In this document: positions 1-64,000 of the stretch, piece by piece | How positions within the stretch are numbered: position 1 is the first letter of the stretch | Layout of the letters: every line of letters starts with the position of its first letter | Made by a program: the position numbers and the translations under genes | Assembly (NCBI RefSeq): GCF_006345805.1 | Contig: NC_043001.1 | Coordinates: 116,064,001 to 116,128,000 of the forward strand | Length of the DNA: 64,000 bases | Direction: 5' to 3' | DNA from: Octopus sinensis | Lineage: Eukaryota | Notes under the pieces: model-generated | The model's database searches: none | Seen by the model: the letters and a program-made list of their open reading frames with translations, nothing else | Told to the model about the DNA's origin: nothing

Positions 1-510
1 CATCTCGCACACACACACAACAAGCTTCTTTCAGTTTCCATTTACCAAATCCACTCACAATGCTTTGGTCAACCCAGGTCTATAATAAAAGAAACTTTTC
101 CAAGATGCCATACTGTGGGATTGAGCCCTAAACCATGTGGTTAGGAAGCAAACTTTTTACTTGTGCCTATACTGTATTTAACTGACCAGGTTCCAATTTA
201 TGCTGATATTCAGCTTGCCAAAGTTTTGAGTAATTTTTCTACACACACACGTACACACATGCATATATGTGTGGACTTCTGTATAGTTTGTCTACCAAAT
301 TTCATGCTCAAAATTTTGATCGACCCAATCTCACATTAGAACATATTTATCCAATAAGGTACCACACAGTGTAACCAAACCTAGGAATACTTGTATATAA
401 AAAAAAAAATTTTTCATGTCTTAAAATACGTTTTCAATTTTCAATAAATTTTGTCCTTTTTAGTACTTGATAATCAAACAAAGCCTTATAATTTTAATTT
501 CAATTCACAG

Positions 511-51136
<50,626 letters not shown>

Positions 51137-53385
51137 TCAGATTCAACACAAACATAATCTTAGACTTAAAACCTGATGAAGCATTTTCAAAGACTTTAGA
51201 ACTGAGTGACATTAGCTCTTTTGAACTATAACTCTTGTACTGTACATATTTTTTATCATGATTTTATTTTAAAGTTGGACATCTCTTCTCCAAGGAATTT
51301 TTAGCATCTGCCATATTGATGAATTGGTATTGTAGATGCCAACACTATAATTATGGCTTGGCTCTGAAATTAAAATGCCTTTCTGATATTGAAGAATGAC
51401 AGTAATTATTTTAAAATTTTGATAAACCCTATTGTGTCTTGGTGTGTGTTAAATTTAAAGCTGAAGAGGGGGAAAAAAGACAAGCCAAAGCAAAAATAAA
51501 CTCTATAAGACCCCTTCATGTAAATAACTACTATTGATTTTTTATATTTGTAACATTTTAAAATGTTACCGTCTTAACTGTAGTATCAATTCATAGAACT
51601 TCAATACCTCAGCTTCATACTTTATCAGTGACTTTATTTCAATCAATATTTTATCTAGTTCTTTATTAATTTTTTGCTTATGTTTAGATTTCTTTTATTC
51701 TTTTTGGTCAGCCATAAGTAATTTTATTTCTTCTGTCTCTTCCTCCTAGAAGTGATGTCAGTGCAAGTTTTGAACTCCTGTTTATTGGATCAGAATTTCT
51801 CAGCTCTTAACACTATGTCAGCCTGTTTCGTATAGAACAATGAGTATTCTCCTATATATTATGAGAATGAGAAATATGTAGCCTTTTAACAACATCATTT
51901 CTTTTTACAAAAACTTTTAGAGATGAACTCATTCAATCATGTAGGTATAGCTCAATCACGTAGGTATAGTTTGTGTGTATATATATGTGTGTGTGTTTGT
52001 GTTGTGCATGTATGTATAAAGCTATGCAAGTGAATCAAGAGGCAAGATTTTAATTTACTTACCAAAAATTTGCTAAGTGCAAATGCCCCAAAATTTTGAC
52101 CCATATCACGCACGCATACATACACGTTTATGTGCAGTTGCGGTGAGCAAAAACATAAGCACTAAATACTAAACTGGAGTGAAAATTGATACTCCCTGAC
52201 TGAGAAAAGACCAAATATTGTCAGAATATTTAGTCATGGAATTTCTCAACTAATGTGGGGGGTCGCGTTTATTAAATAACGTAATGGTTTCCTTAGTCTT
52301 TATGGGTTATTTCCCTTATTGCAAGAGTTGTTTCCCTTCCCCATGCGATTATTAAATGTTCTCTAGTGATGTACAGAATGGAAAATTTTTGTTCCCTAAT
52401 ATTGTTCTACTGTCCTAAAATATATAAAAATTAACATTTTCTGTACAGTTTGTAATCTTTGAGTACAGAATTTTACTTTGGCTAAACAAAACATCTTCCT
52501 CTGACACAAATACAATCCTTTTAGCTTCTCTCTTTCGTTTTTTCCTGCATATATACCCTATATTTTAGTGCAAGAAAATATTACTTATTCCAGGTATAAT
52601 ACAATAGGCCATGAACTAGTATAAATGATTTTTTAGTTTGACTTTATTTAAAGGCTCAGACTTATAAATAGATGTTGCTGTCTGTGTAGGAATTCTGCTT
52701 CATATATTATTGAGGGTCACAAAACTCACCTATATGTATAGCCTGTTCAACAAATATTTAACTGGTTGCTTCTGTTCAGACTTTATAATTCATAAAGGAA
52801 TTTGTAAATTGGAATTTGGGTTGCATATACCTTTCTCAAATTATGATTCTACTTAAAACATTTATATATATTATAGACATTTTATAAAGCTTTATGATTT
52901 TTTTCCACCATGTTCATCTTTTTCATCCTCTCTAAATAAATTGTCTCTGAGATTTACATTCCTTGGATCTTTAGTTCATTTCTACCATCATGTCTGAGGC
53001 CATTCAACAACACTGCCTTCTCCTGTGTCAGGATAATCCATTTGTGTGTATCTCATTGTACCTCTTAAGATGCTGAGACTGTTCTGAGGCAGATGATCAT
53101 ATCAAACACACAGATGGAGGTAGATGCTTGAGCTTGTGGCATTTAAATTGTGGCAAGTAAGAATATTGTGTATGCATGGTTCTTAGACTCTGCATGCAAT
53201 AAGATTAAGGTTATTATTATAATTATTATTATTTTTATTTTACATTCTGAGTTGAAATTCCACCGAGGTTGACTTTGCCTTTCATCTTTCATGGTTGATG
53301 AAAAAAGTACCAGTCAATCACTGGGGTCAATCTAATCTACTTACCCTCCCACAAAATTTCCGGCTTTGTGCTTATAATAGAAAGG

Positions 53386-53438
<53 letters not shown>

Positions 53439-53733
53439 GATTGGTAGATATGTATGCCTGTGTATGTGTATGTGTCTTGATAGATAGAAATATTCTAAAG
53501 TGGATTTTTAAATATATGATGTTGAAAATCCATTTGGACAAATGCACAAAAGTAAAACTGATGTTGGTACGTTTCTTGACAAAAATCATGCAAAATGTTT
53601 ATCACAAGATTATAAAATAAAATCAGGACTTAGTTGTCATTTGAGGGCCCATGATACAAAAGCTATCAAACCTGCTGCAGGGATATCTTTGAATTAAGAG
53701 AGTGGTTATTATCAAGAAACAAGTTGATGGCTA

Positions 53734-53791
<58 letters not shown>

Positions 53792-54304
53792 AAATGGAGA
53801 AAATGCTGACAAAATAATTTAAGTAAGGGAGAGTGTATTTAATTACGTGAAAGTTCTTTTTACCGGTTGCGCATTTGTTATGCTTATCAAAAGATATTTT
53901 TTAAGAGAGATAGAGTTCCTTATCTTTTGATAAGCATAACAAATGCGCAACCGGTAAAAAGAACTTTCACCTAATTAAATACACACTCCCTTACTTAAAT
54001 TATTTTGTCAGCATTTTCTTCATTTCCTTTTTTTATATATCACAACTCATGTTCCACATCTCCTTTTTTAAATATATATATATATATATATATACATAAC
54101 TGATTCTCTGATGGGTGTCTAGAGTAAAAATAGTTCTTTCCATTCACTGAGCCAAAAAATTCATTTATCAATTTTAATGAGTTTGTGTTTTTTTTATATT
54201 GATGTTCTTACATATTTTTATTTATATTTACTCATTTTGTCAATTCTTTTCTTTCTTCACTTAGTAAATATAATTCTATTTTTTATAATAACTAAATGAA
54301 TAAA
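51137..54304 (+). other. Putative long 3' UTR of contactin
   Basis: AT-rich and relatively poor in TEs. AATAAA at 51495, 52935 and 54299; the last is followed by a U-rich tract and then TE-dense DNA. The true end is unknown. Confidence 0.35.
53788..54029. repeat. Near-perfect fold-back: 109-bp arms, 24-nt loop, 3 mismatches; each arm contains a hammerhead-like motif
   Basis: Arms 53788-53896 and 53921-54029 compared base by base. Confidence 0.92.
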
Positions 54305-54555
54305 ATATTTTTACTTTTTAATTAAGTTTCCATTTTTTAAAAAGATATTTATGGTATCTTATTTTAAATTTAGTGAAGTATTTATTTGAGTTGATTTCAA
54401 AATTGAATTTTTGCATTTTCATGGGACAAGTACCTTCTTTCTTACAGTCCAGATTTCTTCTCTAAGACAGTGACCACTGGACAAAGTTTTCAAACTGTTT
54501 GATAAACTACATTGAAGTCCTGTTTCGTCATCCTTTGAAACTGCTCTGCTGTTAC

Positions 54556-54975
54556 TGATGATGATGATGATGGTGGTGAATTCCAATGTTTTAAATCCGG
54601 GTTTGTCCCTATTAACAGGGATGGCCGATCTACCTCACTCTTACAGCAACCGCTCTCACACTTCTTGCCTGGTTTTTGGCATCCTCCTTCCTCGAGCCAA
54701 CCCTCCCAATCTCCACCTCCACCTGTCCCCTCCACGTTTTCTTTGGTCAACCTCGCTTCTGTGGTTCATTCACTTCAAACACAATCACCCTCCTCAGAAC
54801 AGGATCCTCATCCCTCCTCAACACATGCCCATACCACCTCACTTCATTTGCCCTTGCCAGCTGTTCCACTGATTCCTCCAACCTCAACATCCCCATCAAG
54901 TCCTCAGCCTTCCTTTTATGCAATAATTTCACACCACACATTGCCCTCACCATCCTTCTCAAAGATAGCACTGCA
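54556..54975 (-). mobile_element. Second RTE family, 3' fragment
   Basis: MVRAMCGVKLL..ARANEVRWYGHVLRRDED..; (GAT/CAT)n tail. Confidence 0.8.
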
Positions 54976-55066
54976 TGAGATTCAGCAACTCCATACCAAA
55001 AAAATGCTGTGTGATACCATCATCTCCATACCAAAATATACCGAGAGATACCATCATCTCCATACC

Positions 55067-55349
55067 AAAACATTTTTTCACGCTGAGAGTTGCTGAAGCA
55101 TGGAACAAACTGCCGGCATCAGTTGTTAGTTGTTGGAGCACTGCATCCTTCAAAACTTCCATGCTTTCTGAGATTTGCCAACACTACACTTGATTTTCTC
55201 CCCTCCATACACACACAAGCATGTATCTGACTCATACACTGTTCGCTTTCTAAACATTTTTACATTACTGCATGTGCTTTATATGCACTTTCTGACAAGT
55301 TGTGGTGCACCTGAGCACTATATACAATAATTTCATTATATTATATTAT
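55067..55349 (+). mobile_element. CR1-clade LINE 3' fragment flanked by a 34-bp direct repeat
   Basis: HFFTLRVAEAWNKLP and 3' UTR; flanks 55033-55066 and 55350-55383. Confidence 0.85.
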
Positions 55350-55849
55350 AAAATATACCGAGAGATACCTTCATCTCCACACCGGAATATACAGCAGGAT
55401 TCCATTGTCATCTCCATACCAGAATTTACAACAGGGTGCCATCAATTACATACCAAGTTATACAGCAATCAGCATCTGAAGTTTGATGAATATTCTGTGT
55501 GATTCTTTTGTCTTTTGCTCACTGAGCACCTGTTTAGATTGCACAACTAAGAGGATGTGTAAGCTCTTCACAAACTTACTCCACTTAAATGGAATTTTCT
55601 AAATAGTTACAGCTGTAGAGGGAATCTTCTGTGACATTAAGATCTAAGCATTCAAGATTTAAATGCAGGCATGGCTGCGTGGTATGAAGTTTGCTTCCCA
55701 ACCACATGGTTCCAGGTTCAGTCTCACTGTGTTGGCACCTTGAGCAAGTGTCTTCTACCATAACCACAGGCTAGCTAATTTTTCATGTGCTTTCGTCTTT
55801 GCAATTAATTTTATTTTCTTTGCAGCAGCAGTTGGCACATTTCCTTCAA

Positions 55850-56235
55850 CCTGATCAATCTGGTGGGTATCTAAGAGATCAGTAGCGAATTTTTTGCGCT
55901 CTTTCACAATAGAGTGATGTTTTTTGGTCTTTCATGTTTTTCAACAAGTTTTAGCTTCCAATTGTTGGTTGTTTCAAGGTATTTGGCTAGTCCGATTATG
56001 GTGGTTTTGTACGTAAGTTCAAGCCAGATCAAGCCTCGACCTCCCTGAGCTCTGGGAAGATAAAGATGATCCACGTCTGCCTTTGGATGGTGCATCTTAT
56101 TACAGGTCAGTAGCTTGCGGATTTTTCTGTTAATTTTCATTATTTCACTGGCATTCCAGTTAAGCACATTGAAGGTATAAAGAACAACTGGGACTGCTAA
56201 GGAATTTATGGCTAACACCTTATTATGACCTAATA
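55850..56235 (-). mobile_element. R4/Dong-type (RLE) non-LTR retrotransposon fragment
   Basis: AINSLAVPVVLYTFNVLNW..KIRKLLT..MHHPKADVDHLYLPRAQGGRGL. Confidence 0.75.
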
Positions 56236-56266
56236 ATAACTAACACATGTTAGCCATAAGGTGTTA

Positions 56267-56297
<31 letters not shown>

Positions 56298-56298
<1 letters not shown>

Positions 56299-56515
56299 GG
56301 TGGTGAGCTGGCGGAATCGTTAGTAGACCAGACAAAATGCTCAGCAATATTTTACCCATTGCTGTTTTATGTTCAAATTCCGCTGAGGTTGACTTTACCT
56401 TTCATCCTTTTGGGGTCGATAAAATAAGTACCAGTTGAACACTGGGGTTGATGTAATTGACTCATCCTCTCTCCCCAAATTGCTGCCCTTGTGGCAAAAT
56501 TTGAAACCATTATTA
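56298..56515 (+). mobile_element. SINE family B
   Basis: AAGGTGGTGAGCTGGCGGAATCGTTAG...; (ATT)n on both sides. Confidence 0.8.
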
Positions 56516-58104
56516 TTATTATTATTATTCATTTTGTTCATGTACAAGTTCATATATATTCATCATTTTATTTATTTGTAGAAGAATTGATGCATACCAT
56601 TGACAATCCTAGAATGCATTTGTAAAAACAATGAACTTATTTTGTGTGTGGTTTTTGGCTCAGCCTGTATATAATGTGTGTATGCATGAAATGAAGGCAG
56701 GCAAAAATCAGTATTTTGGTATTATTCTTCATTTATTATCATTAAAGTCATTTATTATTCTTTTTTCTTTTTCACACACTTCTTTTCTTTCTTGTTTGAC
56801 AAATAATTGAGACTTGCAGGAAAAGACATACATTTAAACAAGACATTAGCACAACACTGAAGTGGTGAGATGTTAAGACATATAAAAAAAAAACATAATG
56901 AGTAACAGTAATTGGCATGGCTTTGGTGATAATAATTAACAATAATAATTAATAATAAACAGCTCATATAAAGTATAAAGACATGTTTTTAATGAACAGA
57001 GTTAGTTTGGCTTCGTTTGATTTAGTTTTAAAATAACAGAATATTCTAAAGGAAAATAAAAATTTGTAAAGAAAATGATTCTAAGTAAAAATTTGGCTAT
57101 AAATGATTGCAGGTGAGAGAGTTTTTGTGATGATTATGAATTAACATGGAGTAATTTAGTCTGTAATAACAGGATTTAAATGTTGGTTAGTTATGACTGA
57201 GGACAAAATTGTGTTGTAATAATGAAGAGATATCCTGCTCTGTAATGACTTTTGGAGTGTGGTAATTGAGCTTGAATAATTATTGAATAAACATGGTTTG
57301 TAATGACTAAGTAAAAACCAACTTAGATTGAATGTGAGTAAAAGTGATCTAAGTGTGGTTAAAGTTTGTAATGATGGTCTGTTGATGTGTGCGTTTATTT
57401 CAAAACTAATGATAGAAAGTTTTATAGTATTTTATTTGTAATGATTTATAAATTTTGGAAACTAAATTAAAAGGAATAAAACATGGTTAAATTAAAGTCT
57501 TAGGCAATAATGATGTCTACATCATGTGTTACAGCTGCTGTTTTTTAGACTCTGGTCAGCTTTGACTGAACAAATCAAAGGCATTCCACCTGTGGCCATC
57601 CTGTCTTTTTTGTGAAGCTACATTATATAATGTATATTTTACTTAATTCAGATAGTAGGGTGTAGTTTTGAGGAAGAATTGACTGCTATTTTTTAGTAAG
57701 TTGTACAAGCACAGTCGGTCCATAAGTCTTCAATAGAGGTGTGTGAGTTGAGTGAGAGACATGTACACAATATACTTTCAATATTTTATTTAAAATAAGG
57801 TGATTTAAGCTTCATAATGTTTCTGTTTTGACTGAAAACTCCATTGGTTATAGAACTATCAGCAACAAAAACACACAACACCTGTCAAGATACTGGTTCA
57901 AAGACTAGATGTTAATTATTTAAATATTGGTTCTAGGACTGGCTAGTAGCAATTTAGGTATTGGTTGAGGAAATAGAACTATGGTACAGCAGTCTAATCC
58001 CATTCACACTGTAATAATAGCTTAATAATAAAGAGATCTACAACTATTGCAGAACTTTTGTCATTAGATATGGATCTACTGATAAGTTAACACCATATAC
58101 ATTT

Positions 58105-58325
58105 CTTTACTACCCACAAGGGGCTAAACACAGAGGGGACAAACAAGGACAGACAAAGGGATTAAGTCGATTACATCGACCCCAGTGTGTAACTGGTACT
58201 TAATTTATCGACCCCGAAAGGATGAAAGGCAAAGTCGACCTCGGCGAAATTTGAACTCGGAACGTAACGACAGGCGAAATATGGCTACGCATTTCGCCCG
58301 GCATGCTAACGTTTCTGCCAGCTAA
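58105..58325 (-). mobile_element. SINE family B variant with a different 3' end
   Basis: Shares the family B core; ends ..GCCCCTTGTGGGTAGTAAAG. Confidence 0.75.
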
Positions 58326-58869
58326 CCTCCTTAAAAATTAACACCATATAGCCACATCATAATTGTTTATGTTAGTTATTGTGTGTGTATAAATAATTAT
58401 GAGTGTTTGTCTATCCCTTTCCTTCTCTCTCTCTCTCTATACATACATACATACATACATACATACCATTTGTTTGGAATAATAATTTAATACACACACA
58501 AATCTTTGAGCTAATATGTGTGTGTGTGTGTGTGTGAGACTAAATGCAGTATATATATATATGTATATTACTCTTTTGCTTGTTTCAGTCATTTGACTGT
58601 GGCCATGCTGGAGCATCACCATTCTGGATAAATAAGGACTTGTTATTATCATCATCAAGGCAGCAATCTGTCAGAATCATTAACACACCAAATAAAAGGC
58701 TGCTAAGCATTTTGTCCATCTCTTCGTTTTCAGTTCAAATTCTGCCAAGGATGACTTTGCCTTTCATCCATTAAGGGTCGATGAAATAAGTATCAGTTGG
58801 GCATTGGGTCGATGTAACCAACTAAACCCCACTCCTAAAATTATTGGCCCTGTGCCAAAAACTTGAAGC

Positions 58870-59450
58870 AATGCTGGGCAAAATGCTTAGCAGCATTTCA
58901 TCTGTCTTTATGCTCTGAGATCAAATTCTGCTGAGGTCAACTTTACCTTTCATCCTTTCAGAGTCAGTAAAATAAGTACCAGTTGAACACTGGAGCCAAT
59001 GTAATCAACTCATCTCCTCCCTCAAAAATGCTGCCCTTGTGACAAAATTTTTAATTATTATTATTATTATTATTATTTAGGTAGTGAGCTGGCAGAATCT
59101 TTCAAGGTCAATAAATTAAGTACCAGTCAAGTACTGGAGTCAATGTAATCGACTTACCCGTCCCCAAAATTTCAGGCCTTGTGCCTATAATAGAAAGGAT
59201 TATTATTATTATTATTATTATTATTATTGTGGTGAGCTGGCAGAATCGTCAGCATGCCAGACAAAATGCTTAGCGGTATTTTGCCCATCACTACATTCTG
59301 AGTTCAAATTTCACCGAGGTCAACTTTACCTTTCATCCTTTTGGGGTCGATAAAATAAGTACCAGTTGAACACTGGGGTTGATGTAATCAACTCATCCCC
59401 TCCCCAAAACTGCTGCCCTTGTGGCAAAATTATTATTATTATTATTATTA
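58870..59450 (+). mobile_element. Head-to-tail array of three SINE family B copies joined by (ATT)n
   Basis: Direct reading. Confidence 0.8.
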
Positions 59451-61297
59451 TTTATACATAGTAACAAATTACTTTTTTCACTGAAATTCTTATCAGTAAA
59501 AATTCAATTCCAAGGAAATTTTGTGTCAAAATAATTTTGCTTACTTATGTATGGTCAAAGTTAATTATTGGCCATATTTTTATCAAAGCATTCCTCCCAC
59601 CCCATCAATCTTTCTCTTCATCCTCATCATCATCATCATCACTTTTTTATGTCCGCTTTCCATCCTGGCATGAGTTGGTCAGGTTATCACTATCCAAGTT
59701 TGTTCTTATTCAATCTCTTTCTTTCAAAAAAAGGTTGGGGAACTGTCACCTTGCTTGGACCTTTCATTTTGGTATTCGCTACAGCTTGATGCTTTTCCTA
59801 ATCATCAACCATTTTACAGAATATACTGGGAGTATTTTATTATGGTACCAGCATCAGAATATTGTCATATCCTCAAAGATACAAGACTATGGATCTGCTC
59901 AACCTTTTCCATATTTAAGATGGTATGGTGTAAGTTGAGTGAGATATAGCTGCTCATTTTAGCAGTTTAAACATACAAGTTCCCCATCTCTTTTATAAGA
60001 AGTGGTATCATACTATAACTGACAAGTATTTCATTAGCTTAATGAACAAAACTCGCATCCCCTTGTGATCAAAACCCATTTATGAACTGATATTCTGTCC
60101 AAGGAAAGTATTATCTTTTCAACTGTGACAAGCACTAAACACATTGGCACAGTTCCTGTTAGAATGTTTTTGTTGCAAAAATATGTAATATTGCTTTCAT
60201 GAAACATTGCTGAAAACTTTGATTTTAGGACAGTAATTTGAGATTGTCATTAATTATATAATTAAAATAATATAAAGATTAGATATAACAATTTAGTTTA
60301 TTTTTACAAGATTTGGCACAGATAAATAATATTGTTAACCCCAGGTCAGTTCTGACTGAGGAAATCTATAGTGAAAGGTATTTCCACCCTTGACCATCTC
60401 ATCTTTTTTTCTGGACATCTAAGAACTGCATTATCCAATGTATCTCTCTTTTTTTCCATTTTTTTTTCCTGATTTTTGTGAGACAGCAAGGTGTAATTTG
60501 AGGGAGATTTGTTTGCTATTTCATTATGTTGTTTATGTATTTGGCACTAAAAACTAGTCGGCAGGAAGTTTCTATTGATAAACTGAAAGTGATTACCCCC
60601 AGCCCATCCCCATTTTCACTTCTGCCATTTCAAGCCTGGTTAGATACTTAAGATTATCAGTCATTCATGCATTACAATCTACCCCTTTTTTTTTTCTCAG
60701 TCTCTTGGACATGCAAATGTGTCCTAGAGGTAAAAGCCACAATTCTACATTTTGCTATAGGCACTGCAATGTTGTTTAGCCCCCTCCCCTCAATCTAGCC
60801 ATGGCCATCTCACCATTTTTCACTAAGCATAAATTTCTGGACTACATTGTCCACCATCATTACCTTTTTTTTAAAAAAGATAAGGTGTAATTAGAGTGAG
60901 ATTTGGCTGCTATATCTAACTGGTTGGTCAAGAAACCACATAGAGGTTCCTGTATTTTGTTATTCAAGGCACTAAACTTCCTCATGTAGCAATTTATTTA
61001 CATAACTGAATAAACAAGTAAAAAGAGAATTTAATACTCTAACTGGGAAATGAAACTATACACTATCTGGTGAGTTCATTTGGTGACCTCACTAGTGTTG
61101 ATGCCACTTAAAAAACACCCAATACACTCTGTAAAGTAGTTGGCATTACGAAGGGCAACCATGGAGCCCTTTCTAGTGTCAACCACTTTACACAATCCTC
61201 TAACTTGCCAGCTCCTGTTGAGTTGTTCAACCCATGCCACCATGGAAAATGAATGTTAAATGATGAGGATTAAGATATCTATCTATATATATATATA

Positions 61298-62506
61298 TGG
61301 ACAAAATAATGGAAACACCTAGCATCATAGCATCATAATTTTGAAATATCTATAAAACTGTCAAAAGCTTGTTTATTTTTATGGTTTTTGATTCATTATT
61401 AGTGTTGCTTAAAAATGTTTGCTAAAATTGCTGTTTCTTTTTAGATATCATCAGAAAAATGTAATTAAAATTCATTAAAATGACAGATCGATTGGACATT
61501 CAAAGAGGTCAAATTGTTGGTGCTTGTATGGCAGGCACTAATGTAATGAAAACAGCCAAAATGTTTGGTGTATCAAGAAGTACTGTCTCGAAAGTAATGA
61601 GAGCCTTTGAGAAAGAGGGAAAAACCTCCTTGTTGAAATAAAACTCTGGAAGAAAACTAAAACTTTCAGATAGGAACTGTCAGACTCATGCAAATTGTTA
61701 GAAAGGATCATAAAAGTACAGCTCTCAAAATTACTCCAGAGTTTAATGACACCTCAAGAACCCAGTTTCCACAAAACCTGTTTGCCAGGAGATGCAGAAA
61801 GCCAGATTTCACAGGTGGGCTGCGATCAGATAACCACTACTTTCAAAAAGAAACATTGCAAAATGTTTAGAGTGGAGTAAAAACCTACTGAATAGGTTCC
61901 TAGAGCAGTGGAAGAATGTTATTTTCTCGGACGAGTCATCCTTTACTTTATTTCCGACTACTGGCTGAGTATATGTGTGGAGACAGCCAAAAGAAGCATT
62001 TGACCCAGATTGCGTTCTTCCAACTGTTAAACATGGAGGAGGATCTGTGATGATCTGGTGGGGCTATATCTTGGAAATCTGCTGGCCTAATGGTTTCCCT
62101 TCATGGTAGAATTAATAGTCAGGACTATTTATGCATTTATCTGATAAAATTTATCCTATGGTTGCGGAACTGTTTCCGGAGGTTAACACAATCTTTCAGG
62201 ATGATAATGCACCAATTCACACAGCTAAAGTTGTTACTAAATGGCACAAAGAACATTCTATTGAAGTTGAACATCTTAGGCCACCACAGATCTCGATATT
62301 ATTGATAATTTATGGTGTATTTTAGAAAACAAATAAGGTATCGATATCCTCCACCATCATCACTACAAGAACTGGAGACTGTTTTAGTTGAAGAAAGGAC
62401 AAAAATTCCTTTGGAAACAATTCAAACTTTGTATGGCGGTCCTACCCCATATTAAAATTAATTTGTTTGAAATTTTAAGGTGTTTCCATTATTTTGTCCA
62501 GCCCCA

Positions 62507-62507
<1 letters not shown>
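61298..62507 (+). mobile_element. Near full-length degenerate Tc1-like transposon
   Basis: TIR TGGACAAAATAATGGAAACACCT at both ends; TA flanks; ATG at 61480; VIFSDES, KHGGGSVMIW, FQDDNAPIH motifs with stops and frameshifts. Confidence 0.92.
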
Positions 62508-62552
<45 letters not shown>

Positions 62553-62817
62553 TTAAAATTGCATCCATCCATACATACAGGCATGTTGTTTATGGCCATG
62601 CCCTTGCTCCCTTACCCAGCTGAGAGATCTTTGCAGCATCCAGCCATAGAAACCATGCTGAAACAGACAAATGGAGCCTGGACAGCTCCTGTCAAACTGT
62701 CCAACACATGCCAGCATAGAAAACAGACATTAAACAACTTCCTATTGCCAACCTATACCTGTTTTCCGAGTAATGGAATTCTGTATTCCACAAATCTTCA
62801 AAAGCACAAAGTGACAA

Positions 62818-63155
62818 ACATCATCATCATTTAGCGTCCGTTTTCCATGCTAGCATGGGTTGGACGGTTCAACTGTAGTCTGAGAAGCCCGAAGGCTGCA
62901 TCAGGCCCCAGTCTGATCTGGCAGTGTTTCTACAGCTGGATGCCCTTCCTAACGCCAACCACTCCGTGAGTGTAGTGGGTGCTTTTTACGTGCCACCTGC
63001 ACAGGTGCCAGACGGAGCTGGCAAATGGCCACGATCGGGTGGTGCTTTCCACGTGCCACCGGCACGGGGGCCAGGCGAGGCTGGCAACGGACACGAACGG
63101 ATGGTGCTTTTACGTGCCACCGGCACGGAGGCCAGTCGGGGCGGCGCTGGCAACA
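62818..63155 (-). mobile_element. RTE 3' UTR/tail fragment
   Basis: Same tail as 5012-5330. Confidence 0.85.
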
Positions 63156-64000
63156 TAAAGTCAACAAAGGAATGTCACCATCAGTATCACTTCACTCAAG
63201 CCATATCATACAGGACATAGAAACATTCACACAGACACACACATACGACAGCTTTTCTGAAGGTTTCTCTTTACCGAATTCACTCACAAGGCATCGGTTA
63301 GTCCAAGACTATAGAAAACATTTACCCAAGCCTGAAAACAGCATGGCTGCTATGCAAACTTCTGAACTAGACAACCACACCTGTGTTCATGAAGTTGAAC
63401 ATTTGTATGTACACCACAGCAGGTGTCACTGACATTTCACTTATTATTATTTCTTTTACATGACTTAGCAGTGATGGTCAAAGAGTAATAGCACCCATGA
63501 CCTTTTCCAGGCCCTACATGACTAATGCAAGAGGAGCAGAGACAGAAATTATTCTCAGATAGATCTAACCCAAATATTTACAACATGGTGGACTAAAATG
63601 ATCCAAGGGTCTAGTTATGGTGGTGTTAATCCAGGCTACATATTAAGTCTACCCCTAAAACATTGTACAGAAGAAAAGTACTCGTTATCTTGCAATTCCT
63701 AGTAAGAGTTTTCTTGAAGATGGGAGTGGGGGCAAGACTATGTTGTCAATATGCTTTGGTGCTTATGCATGTATATGCACAGATAGATGTAGATATCTGT
63801 ATATATACATTAATTAACATAATTATGTAGCATGTGTTTGTGTATATATAAATACATTTGCCTTTCTTTCTCCCTATATATACATTAATATCCATAATTA
63901 TGTACAAAAGGACTTGAGAAGAATATTAAATTTTGAAAATGTTATCTTTCAACACAGCAGAATTCTGTTCTTTTACTTGTGTAATTCCATGAATTGGCAT

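Noticed and set aside
58870-59450. CRISPR-like repeat/spacer appearance
   Set aside because: Eukaryotic context; the units are diverged SINE copies of 150-220 bp with microsatellite tails.
60355-60395. + strand CTGAGGA...GAAA as a sense hammerhead (also checked 1868-1890 and 13683-13730)
   Set aside because: No credible stem II/III or stem I pairing.

Overview
Eukaryotic, AT- and microsatellite-rich DNA. The repeat content suggests a coleoid cephalopod, probably Octopus (inference, not checked by search). The window holds the 3' 18 coding exons of a contactin-type neural adhesion gene on the + strand (511..51136). All 18 have AG/GT ends and consistent splice phases, and they join into one open frame of about 957 aa: Ig2-Ig6, four FN3 repeats and a GPI-signal tail. 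The 5' end of the gene lies upstream of the window. Introns and the 3' flank are packed with mobile DNA: CR1-, RTE- and R4/Dong-type LINE fragments, at least five SINE families, mariner and Tc1 remnants, piggyBac-type TTAA elements, Helitrons, a probable solo LTR and several fold-back elements. The least expected signal is a set of minimal, Penelope-type hammerhead-ribozyme motifs. Five intronic ones are all antisense to the gene. A near-perfect 109-bp fold-back in the putative 3' UTR carries a U3-A8 covariant hammerhead in each arm. Also notable are a C4HC3 (PHD-like) finger inserted inside a young RTE reverse transcriptase, long dsRNA-forming inverted repeats, and a pre-miRNA-like intronic hairpin. 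All analysis was by eye; repeat boundaries are approximate unless termini are quoted.
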